From NCBI RefSeq assembly GCF_023101345.1, contig NZ_CP095848.1, positions 2,485,297 through 2,549,296 on the forward strand: DNA of 64,000 bases, read 5' to 3'. The notes under the pieces are model-generated. The model was not told the origin of the DNA and made no database searches. It saw only the letters and a program-made list of their open reading frames with translations. The stretch comes from Hymenobacter sublimis. Its GTDB lineage: Bacteria; Bacteroidota; Bacteroidia; Cytophagales; Hymenobacteraceae. This document shows positions 28,245 through 36,700 of this stretch, piece by piece. A program made the translations under genes and the position numbers. Every line of letters starts with the position of its first letter. The first letter of the stretch is position 1.

Positions 28245-28946
28245 ATGAACCTTTTCACGCGTCTCTTTAAAATCGGCCAGGCCGAAGCGCATTCGGCCGT
28301 TAATCAGCTCGAAGACCCAATTAAGCTCACGGAGCAAGCCTTGCGCGACCTGCGCCAGGACCTAGACAAAGCCCTGCACGCGCTGGCCGAGGTGAAAGCA
28401 CTGGCCATCCGCAGCCGTAATGAGGCCGAAACCGGGCGGGCGCAGGCGCTCGAATACGAGGGCAAAGCAGTGCAGCTACTCCAGAAGTCGGGCCGCCAGG
28501 AGTTGGCTCCGGCCGAAGCTGACCGCCTCGCCACGGAAGCCTTAACCAAAAAGGCCCAGCACGAGGCCCACGCCATCCGCGCCGCCCAGGAGCAGGAGAA
28601 GTTCGAGGCCTCGGCCCGGCAGCTCGACGAGAATGTGCAGCAGCTTAAGCAAACCATTTCGCAGTGGGACAATGAGTTGCGCACCCTCAAAGCCCGCGTT
28701 ACGGTTAGCGCCGCCACCAAAACCATCAACCAACAGCTAGCCCAGCTCGACTCATCGGGCACGGTGGCCCTGCTGGAACGTATGAAGGAAAAGGTAGCTA
28801 CCGAGGAAGCCCTGGCCGAATCGTACGGGCAGATTGCCCAGGAAAGCAAATCCATTGACCAGGAAATTGACAGGGCGCTGGGCAAAGATGGCAGCAGCCA
28901 GGCCGCTACGGAGTTGCAAGCTCTCAAGGCGAAGCTGGGGCTGTAG
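28245..28946 (+). CDS. pspA: PspA/IM30 (Vipp1) family protein
   Basis: N-terminal 'MNLFTRLFKIGQAEAHSAVNQLEDPIKLTEQALRDLRQ' is the canonical PspA start. The rest is long coiled-coil. Confidence 0.85.
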   Translation: MNLFTRLFKIGQAEAHSAVNQLEDPIKLTEQALRDLRQDLDKALHALAEVKALAIRSRNEAETGRAQALEYEGKAVQLLQKSGRQELAPAEADRLATEALTKKAQHEAHAIRAAQEQEKFEASARQLDENVQQLKQTISQWDNELRTLKARVTVSAATKTINQQLAQLDSSGTVALLERMKEKVATEEALAESYGQIAQESKSIDQEIDRALGKDGSSQAATELQALKAKLGL

Positions 28947-28949
28947 GCA

Positions 28950-29225
28950 ATGCTGTCAATAGCTCAGATATATCATGAACCCAGGCTAGATTCAATGCAC
29001 ATGAATACCCGTGAAAAAATTCTCCTGTATGCAGGCAGCGCCACGATAGTTCTCATTGCCCTAGCCCGCATTCTGCACTATCTCGAGGCAAAAGAAATGG
29101 GTTCTATGATGGTACTTGGCTGGGTGCTCATTCTTAACGCCTACCGGAACTATGCCAAGCGCCTGCAGCGCCGCAACGCCGAGCTGGAACTCCTGGTAAC
29201 TCCGCCATCAGCCCCGGCAGCGTAA
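28950..29225 (+). CDS. Small membrane protein (possible PspA-associated)
   Basis: Two hydrophobic helices; begins 4 bp after pspA. Confidence 0.4.
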   Translation: MLSIAQIYHEPRLDSMHMNTREKILLYAGSATIVLIALARILHYLEAKEMGSMMVLGWVLILNAYRNYAKRLQRRNAELELLVTPPSAPAA

Positions 29226-29544
29226 CGTTTCCCTGGCCCTCTTCCCTACCTCAACCCATGAAACTACTCCATTGGATTGGCGTGGTTTTTTGACCACGGC
29301 CAGTCTGCTGAACCTGTTTGAGCAGCTACCACCTTCGTCGGTGGTCAGAATACCGGTTGCTGGCATTGGCCTGTACGGCGCGAGGGTAAGCCGCTACCTG
29401 TGCCGGCCGGAGCACGAAAAACGCGCGCTGCGGTAGCTGCCGGTGGGGGTAGTAACCTGCTAATATGGTGGAGCTTTGCTGGCTTTTTCGGTTCTTTCCG
29501 ACCTAGATGCGCGCTAATGCGGCGCGGCTTGCTTTTTTGGTACG

Positions 29545-30198
29545 ATGACTGACCTGTTTCACGCGGCGCTTTTGCCAGCCAATCTGCTGCCCACGGCCCT
29601 ACTGGTATTTGTGCTGCTCTACTGGCTGACCGTAATTACCGGCCTGCTCGATTTCAAGTCCCTGGATTTGGACGTGCATCATCACCCGGAGCTGCACCAC
29701 ACCCACTTTCACGCCCCTGAGGGCATGGGCGTAAGTTGGTTAAATCACGCTTTGGCTTTTTTCAACCTGGGTCGGGTGCCGCTGATGGTGTTTGTGGCTT
29801 TTGTGGCCCTACCGCTGTGGGTAGGCAGCATTCTGCTTAACTATTACCTGGGTAACAGCTCTTGGCAGCTGGGGTTGCTGCTACTGCTGCCGTTGCTGCT
29901 GGTGGCGCTGCTGGTTGCCAAGGTCCTGACCACGCCGTTCGTGCATGTGTTTGCCGCCTTCGAGAAAGACCACCACGATGGTACCCGGCCCCTGGGCAAG
30001 GTTTGCACCATTCTGCTACCCGCCAGCCAGCAGCACCTGGGCCAGGCCAGCGTGGCAGTGCCCAACGGCGCCCCCCTGATGCTCAACGTGCGAGCCGCCG
30101 ACGCCACCACGGAGCTGCGCAAGGGCGACTCGGCCCTGGTGATTGATTATGATGAGCAGCGCCGCTGCTACGTAATTGAACCCTACGAGGTGTCCTGA
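29545..30198 (+). CDS. YqiJ/NfeD-like membrane protein (OB-fold C-terminal domain); probable flotillin partner
   Basis: Multi-pass hydrophobic N-terminus and a C-terminal beta-rich 'ASVAVPNGAPLMLNVRAADATTELRKGDSALVIDYDEQRRCYVIEP' resembling NfeD OB-folds. A flotillin gene lies downstream. Confidence 0.5.
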   Translation: MTDLFHAALLPANLLPTALLVFVLLYWLTVITGLLDFKSLDLDVHHHPELHHTHFHAPEGMGVSWLNHALAFFNLGRVPLMVFVAFVALPLWVGSILLNYYLGNSSWQLGLLLLLPLLLVALLVAKVLTTPFVHVFAAFEKDHHDGTRPLGKVCTILLPASQQHLGQASVAVPNGAPLMLNVRAADATTELRKGDSALVIDYDEQRRCYVIEPYEVS

Positions 30199-30220
30199 GT
30201 GCTAAATTCTGCTACCTTTA

Positions 30221-30643
30221 GTGCACGCTTTACTCGCCATGAATCAGGTGTTTAAGTCCAATATAAGCTGGTGGCTTTTCGGGCCGATTCTGGGCGGCCT
30301 GGGCTTCTTTTTGCTGCTGGCCGTAGCCCAGCAACGCTGGGTAGCAGGCCTGGTGGTGCTCGTACCGGTCTGCTTTATTATCTATCTACTCTTGTCCACT
30401 GCCTACACCATTACGCCGCAGAAACTCATTATTACATCCGGGCCGCTGCGCCTGCGCCTGGCAGGACAGGACATTACCAGCATCTATCCTACCCATACCC
30501 CCATTAGCTCCCCGGCCCTTTCGCTCGACGACCGATTGGCAATACGCTACGGCAAGTTTGATTCCGTGCTGGTATCACCCGCCGCCAAGGCTGGTTTTCT
30601 GGCTGGGTTGTTACAGCTTAATCCTGCTATCCGTCATGATTGA
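30221..30643 (+). CDS. Hypothetical membrane protein
   Basis: Two or three transmembrane segments. Confidence 0.4.
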   Translation: MHALLAMNQVFKSNISWWLFGPILGGLGFFLLLAVAQQRWVAGLVVLVPVCFIIYLLLSTAYTITPQKLIITSGPLRLRLAGQDITSIYPTHTPISSPALSLDDRLAIRYGKFDSVLVSPAAKAGFLAGLLQLNPAIRHD

Positions 30644-30916
30644 CTTGCTGGGTACTCTAAAAACGTTCTGGCACTGGCTGGGCAGTCTGCTGCTGGATGG
30701 CCTACTGGCCGATTTCTTCGCTTGGCTGGCCGAGTGGCTGTTTCCGTGAGCTACCCGCTGGCGCTGAGCCTACCCCAACCTTTTCTTTCCTAACCTTCTG
30801 CCGGCGGCTCCTGCCCTGCGCGGACAGGAACCGGCATCCCTAGTCTCTACCAACCCGCGCCCTAGCTAGGGCGCCCTACCTCTGAATCTATTTCTTTACC
30901 CCTACCCCCTACTTCC

Positions 30917-33085
30917 ATGTTGGAACAACTCTCCCTGGCGGTGATACTCATCGTTGCCGTCCTCTTATTGGGCTTTCTAGCCATCATTGCCCGCATGTAC
31001 CAGAAGGCGGTGCAGGGCGAAGCCCTCGTCCGGACCGGCATGGGCGAAACCAAGGTTTCCTTTAGCGGCATCTTCATCGTGCCCATCCTGCACAAGATGG
31101 AGGTGATGGACATCAAGCTCAAAACCATTGTTATTGCCCGGGCTGGCTCCGAAGGGCTGGTCTGCAAAGACAATCTGCGGGCCGATGTGAAGGTGAACTT
31201 CTTCGTGCGCGTCAACAAAACCCACGATGACGTGCTGAACGTGGCTCAGAGCATCGGGGCCCACCGCGCCTCCGACCCCGCGGCCCTGGAAAACCTCTTC
31301 GACGCCAAGTTTTCAGAAGCGTTAAAGACGGTAGGCAAGCACTTCGATTTCATCGAGTTGTATAATTCCCGCGAGCAGTTTAAGCAGGAAATCCTGCGCA
31401 TTATCGGCACCGACCTGAACGGCTACGTGCTCGACGACTGCGCCATCGACTACCTGGAGCAAACCCCGCTGACCGCGCTCAACCAAGACAATATTCTGGA
31501 CGCCGAGGGCATCAAGAAAATCATTGCCCTGACCTCGGAGCAGAAGATTCAGGCCAACTCCATCCAGCGGGAGCAGCAGAAAACCATCAAGAAGCAGGAC
31601 GTTGAGGCCCAGGAAACCATCCTGCAGCTGGAAAAGCAGCTGATTGAAAACCAGGAAAAGCAGAAGCGCGAGGTAGCCAATATCAAGGCTCGTGAAGCCG
31701 CGGAGGCCGAAAAAGTACAGCAGGAAGAGCGTCTGAAATCAGAGCGGGCCCGCATTGCCACCGAAGAAGAAGTGCGCGTGGCTGAGCAGAACCGCGACCG
31801 GCAGGTGCTGGTGGCCGAGCGCAACAAGCAGCGCACCGACGCCGTGGAAACCGAGCGCGTCGCGCAGGCCCAAGCCCTGGAGGCCAACGAGCGGGAGCGG
31901 ATTGTGGCCCTGGCCCAGATTGAAAAGGAAAAGGCTCTGGAAGAAGAGAAAAAGAACATCCAAACCATCATTCGGGAGCGAATCACGGTAGAAAAAGCCA
32001 CGGTTCAGGAAGAAGAAAAGATAAAGGACACCCGCGCCCAGGCCCAGGCCGACCGCGAAAAGCTGGTGGCCCTGACCGCCGCCAAGCAGCAGGCCGAAGC
32101 CGCCACGGTGGCTCTGGTAGGCAATGCCGACATGGAAAAACAAGCCGCCGAGTTCCGCGCCAAGCAGGCCCTAATTGACGCCGAAGCCGAGAAAGCCGCC
32201 GCTGAGTTCAAGGGTCAAGCCATTCGTACCCTGGCCGAAGCCGAAGCCAGCAAAGCCACCGCCGTGGGCCTAGCCGAAGCCCAGGTGATGCAAGCCAAAG
32301 CCACCGCCCGCCAGAAAGAAGGCGAAACCGAGGCCACGGTGCTGCAGCTTACCGCCGCCGCCGAAGCCCAGGCCATTCAAGCCAAAGCCGGTGCCCAGGC
32401 CGAAGCCGACGAAAAACTAGGCCTGGTAGCCGCCAAAATCAACCGTGAAAAAGGCCTCGCCGACGCCGACATCATTCAGGCCAAAGCCGACGCCGACCAG
32501 AAGAAGGGCCTGGCCGAAGCCGCCGTATCGGAGCAGAAGTTTGCGGTGGAAGCCAAGGGCATCGAGGCCAAGGCCGACGCCATGAAAAAGCTCGATGGCG
32601 TGGGCAAAGACCACGAGGAGTTCAAACTGCGCCTCGACAAGGAAAAGTCGGTGGAGCTGGCCCAGATTAGCATTCAGAAGGACATTGCCGCCTCCCAGGC
32701 CGATGTTATCGGCGAGGCCCTCAAGGCCGCCAAAATCGACATTGTGGGCGGGGAAACGATGTTCTTCGACCAGATTATTGGCTCTATCACGAAGGGTAAG
32801 ATGGTGGACCGCGCCGTGCACAACTCCGAAGTGCTGGGCACCGTGAAAGACGCCTTCTTCTCCCTGGACGGGGGCGGCGACTTCAAAACCAACCTGCGTC
32901 GCTTTGTGGATCAGTTCGGCCTGAGCAGTGAAGACATGAAGAACCTCAGCGTCTCGGCCCTACTGCTAAAGATGATGAACCAAGCCGGCGACGACGCCAC
33001 GCGTGCCACCATCACCCAGCTGGCCAGCACCGCGCAGGTGATGGGCATCGGCGACAAGCCGGCCAAGATGCTAGAGCTGAAGTAA
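30917..33085 (+). CDS. Flotillin-like SPFH/band-7 protein with very long Ala/Glu/Lys coiled-coil repeats (YqiK/FloT-like)
   Basis: N-terminal TM and SPFH core 'VRTGMGETKVSFSGIFIVPILHKMEVMDIKLKTIVI...DNLRADVKVNFFVRV', then ~350 aa of 'EAEKAAAEFKGQA'-type repeats. Confidence 0.85.
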   Translation: MLEQLSLAVILIVAVLLLGFLAIIARMYQKAVQGEALVRTGMGETKVSFSGIFIVPILHKMEVMDIKLKTIVIARAGSEGLVCKDNLRADVKVNFFVRVNKTHDDVLNVAQSIGAHRASDPAALENLFDAKFSEALKTVGKHFDFIELYNSREQFKQEILRIIGTDLNGYVLDDCAIDYLEQTPLTALNQDNILDAEGIKKIIALTSEQKIQANSIQREQQKTIKKQDVEAQETILQLEKQLIENQEKQKREVANIKAREAAEAEKVQQEERLKSERARIATEEEVRVAEQNRDRQVLVAERNKQRTDAVETERVAQAQALEANERERIVALAQIEKEKALEEEKKNIQTIIRERITVEKATVQEEEKIKDTRAQAQADREKLVALTAAKQQAEAATVALVGNADMEKQAAEFRAKQALIDAEAEKAAAEFKGQAIRTLAEAEASKATAVGLAEAQVMQAKATARQKEGETEATVLQLTAAAEAQAIQAKAGAQAEADEKLGLVAAKINREKGLADADIIQAKADADQKKGLAEAAVSEQKFAVEAKGIEAKADAMKKLDGVGKDHEEFKLRLDKEKSVELAQISIQKDIAASQADVIGEALKAAKIDIVGGETMFFDQIIGSITKGKMVDRAVHNSEVLGTVKDAFFSLDGGGDFKTNLRRFVDQFGLSSEDMKNLSVSALLLKMMNQAGDDATRATITQLASTAQVMGIGDKPAKMLELK

Positions 33086-33099
33086 AGATTGACTACCCC

Positions 33100-33270
33100 A
33101 GCTAGAAACTAAAACTAAAAACTAGCTCCCCTCCTCAGATGAGGAGGGGTTGGGGGTGGTTGACCCGCACGTCTGAACAACCTACTAGTTTTAGTTTTCT
33201 AAATCTAGTGTTTCAACCACCCCTACCCACTCCTTGGATAAGGAGGGGAACTAGCCTCTAGACTTCTATA
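33100..33270. repeat. Nested palindromic MITE-like element: TIR-like CTAGAAACTAAAACTAAAAACTAG / CTAGTTTTAGTTTTCTAAATCTAG, plus hairpins CCCCTCCTCAGATGAGGAGGGG and CTCCTTGGATAAGGAGGGG
   Basis: Seen directly in the sequence. A related hairpin CCCCTCCTCAACTGAGGAGGGG plus AACTAG lies at 33668-33700, after the DUF559 gene. Confidence 0.55.
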
Positions 33271-33273
33271 GCT

Positions 33274-33696
33274 ATGCCTGATACAAATCACATTCATAAT
33301 CTAGGCTATCAAAAAGCTATCCGCCGCACACTTCGCAGCAACCTCACACCTGCCGAAGCTCTGCTCTGGAAAGCACTTCAGCGCAGCCAACTAGCCGGCC
33401 GCAAGTTTCGTCGCCAGCATGGCATCGGTCCGTACATCGTGGACTTCTACTGCTCAAGCAAAAAGCTGGTGGTAGAGCTGGATGGCGCCGGACATTTCAC
33501 GGCTAATGGTGAGGCGCAGGATGCCGAACGGGACGCTTATCTGGGCAGCTTAGGCCTGAAAGTGCTGCGCTTTGAGAACGAGCTATGCTTGCAACATATC
33601 GAGAGTGTATTAGCGACTATTGAGGCTGCTTTTCAGACCATCGTTCTATCATCGTCAACCACCCCTAGCCCCTCCTCAACTGAGGAGGGGAACTAG
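33274..33696 (+). CDS. DUF559 (Vsr-like endonuclease fold) domain protein
   Basis: 'LTPAEALLWKALQR...KFRRQHGIGPYIVDFYC...LVVELDGAGH...DAERDAYLGSLGLKVLRF' is typical of DUF559. Confidence 0.75.
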   Translation: MPDTNHIHNLGYQKAIRRTLRSNLTPAEALLWKALQRSQLAGRKFRRQHGIGPYIVDFYCSSKKLVVELDGAGHFTANGEAQDAERDAYLGSLGLKVLRFENELCLQHIESVLATIEAAFQTIVLSSSTTPSPSSTEEGN

Positions 33697-33735
33697 TTTC
33701 TAGTCTTAGCCCTAGCTGATGTTCGGGCTGCTTTT

Positions 33736-36700
33736 ATGGAACAAACTACCCAACTCGAAACCGGCACCTACGAAATTCTGCGCAACCGCCTGCTCAAGAG
33801 CAGCACCGACCTGCGCCAGCGCCTGGACCTGCTCAATACCGAGCGCAAGCAGGTGTTTGGGGCCGTGGATACGCGCCTGCTAGGCACCGGCCGCATTACC
33901 ACTGAAAATAACTGCGTGCCCTGGGACATGGTGCCGGTGGGGCAGCGGTTCATCTTCGGGTACAACGTGGTGCTGGGGCTGAAAGCGGAGCCGGACTTGG
34001 CCGATGTATTTGGGGTGTACGAATATGCCGAGCACGATTTCCGGCCGCTGGGCCTGGAGCTGCTGCAGAACCCGCAGTTTCTGGAGGAGTTCCGCAACCT
34101 GTACCGCTACTACAAGAACACCCAGTTCGTGAAGTTCGCGGTGATTGGGGCGCACTTGTTTATGGTGTTTCGGGTGGGCAAGAGTGCTTCCGACGTAAAG
34201 ACGTTTAAGTGGCTAATGCAGGGCGAGACGCTTACCTACCTCGACAACCGCTCCGACCACGAGTACACCTTTCCGCCCCAGCACGAGTTCCAATGGAAGC
34301 GCGCCACCCGTGACATGCAGCGCGGCGGCAAGCACCCCCACATCAGTATCGAGGACAAGGTGTTCGTGGAAACCGTGGGCGGCGACCTGACCATTAAGGT
34401 GGAGGACAACACCAGCACCGGGCAGGGCATTTTGAGCGAGCCGGTCGACGATAAGGATCAGACCCTGGACGACTCGGAAATCTACTATGCGGTAGTGGGC
34501 AATCTGATTCTGCTCAAGATCCGGCCCTACCAGGAGCAGCAGTACCGCTACTTCATCTTCAACCACAAGCTCAAAACTGCTCAGCGCCTCGATGCCCTGG
34601 CCGATGCCTGCGTGCTGCTGCCCGACGGGCAGGGCCTGATCTTTCCGCACGGCTTCTACCTGCAAACCGGCGACAACAAGCTCTTCGATAACGGCCTGCG
34701 CGAGATGCTGTTCGAGAAGCGCGTCGTGTCGCCCAACGGGGAGGATTCCCTGTATGTGTTCTTCAACAAGGACCACGGCACCTACCTGCTGCTGAGCTAC
34801 AACCGCATTGCCCAGCGCGTCGATAACCCCATCGTGTGCCACGGCTATGCTCTGTTCGAGAATGGGGAGCTGTGCTACTTCCGGGCCGACGATGAGCCCA
34901 AGAAGCACCACGCCGTGCAGATCTGGCAGACGCCCTACACCGCCCCGGATTTCCAGCTGCCCGTCACCTCCGATTCTTACCTCTACAAGCTGGGTAACAA
35001 GGAGATTGTGCGGGCCATGAGCGAGGTGCAGGAAATCCTGACGCTGACCAGTAAGGACGACTCCTACGCTGGCCTCTACCTCGACCTGATTCGCCAAACG
35101 ACCAGCCTCACCGACGCCTACCACTGGCTGCGCGAGCCCGCCGCCCAGGCCCTGGCCAAGCCCTTGGGTGAAATCCGCCAGACGGCCACGGCCGCCGTGG
35201 AGGAGTTTGAGAAGGTGCAGAGCATCCGCAAAAACGCCGCCCAGCAAACCCAAACTATTTTCCAGAAAGCCGACGAGCTAATAGGCCGCATCCGCCGCTC
35301 TGCGCCCGATACCGTCACGGAGTTTGTGCAGCTGCTGGGCGAGTTGCGCGGGGTGCGGGGCGAGGTAATTTCCCTGAAGGAGCTGCGCTACGTGGAGCTG
35401 CCGGCCGTGGAAAAGCATGCCACCGACTTGGAAGCCCTGAGCAAAGAAGTGGCCCTGCAAACTGTGGACTTTCTGCTCAAGCCCGATGCCCTGGCCCCTT
35501 ACTCCCAGCGCGTGCAGGCCATAGCTGAAGGCGTAGAGCAGGTGCAGAAAACCGTAGAGGCCGATCAGCGCGAGCAGGAAACGGCCGCCGTGGCCCAGGA
35601 GCTGGAGCTGCTGATTGAGGTAGTGAGCAACCTGCCCATCCCCGACCCGACCCAGACCACGGCCATCATCGACAACATCTCGACCGTGTACGCCCGCTTC
35701 AACCAGATTCGGGCGGCGCTGAAGCGGCGGCGGCAAGCCCTGGCCGGCACCGAGGCCCAGGCCGAGTTTACCGCCCAGCTCAAACTGCTGGAGCAGGCCC
35801 TGACCAACTACCTCGACCTGGCCGATACGCCCGCCAAGTGCGACGAGTACCTGACCAAGCTCATGGTGCAGCTCGAAGAGTTGGAAGGCAAGTTTCCCGA
35901 CTTCGACCAGTTCATTGAGCAGCTCACCACCCGGCGCGAGCAGGTAGTAGAAGCTTTCGAGTCGAAGAAAACGGCCCTGGTAGCGGCCCGCAACCAGCGC
36001 GCCACGGCTTTGCTGCAAAGCGCCGAGCGGCTGCTAAAGGCCGTGCAAAGCCGCCTCACCCGCCTGGAATCGGTGGCGGATATCAACGGGTACTTTGCTG
36101 CCGACGTGATGGTGGAAAAGGTGCGCCAAACGGCCCAGGAGCTCATCAACCTCGGCGACTCGGTGAAGTCGGACGACGTACAGAGCCGGCTGAAAACCCT
36201 GCGCGAGGATGCCGTGCGCCAGCTCCGCGACCGGGCCGACCTCTACGCCGACGGCGGCCAGACCCTTAAGTTCGGCCCCCATGCCTTTACCGTCAACACC
36301 CAGCCTCTGGAGCTGACCGTGGTGCTGCGCGACGGCGACCTGCACTACCACCTCACCGGCACCAACTTCTTCCAGAAGATAACCGACCCGACCCTGCTGG
36401 CCTCCAAGCCCGTCTGGGAACAAACCGTGCTGTCGGAAAACCAGGACGTGTACCGGGCCGAGTTCCTGGCCTGGCGCATTCTGCAGGCGGCCCAGCACCC
36501 CACGCCCGCCGATGCGGAAGCGGGCCACCCCGCTGTGCTGTCCGTACCCGAGCTAGGCCACCTCAGCGCCGCCGAGCTACTGGCCTACGTGCAGCAGTTT
36601 ATGGCCGCGCGCTACCAGGAAGGCTACCTTAAAGGCGTGCACGACCACGACGCCGCCCTGCTGCTCACGGCCCTGGTGCGCCTCACGCGCACGGCAGACT

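Noticed and set aside
33085-33274. Rho-independent terminator of the flotillin gene
   Set aside because: A hairpin (CCCCTCCTCAGATGAGGAGGGG) is present but is not followed by a T-run. It is part of a larger nested palindromic element, so I report it as a repeat, not a terminator.
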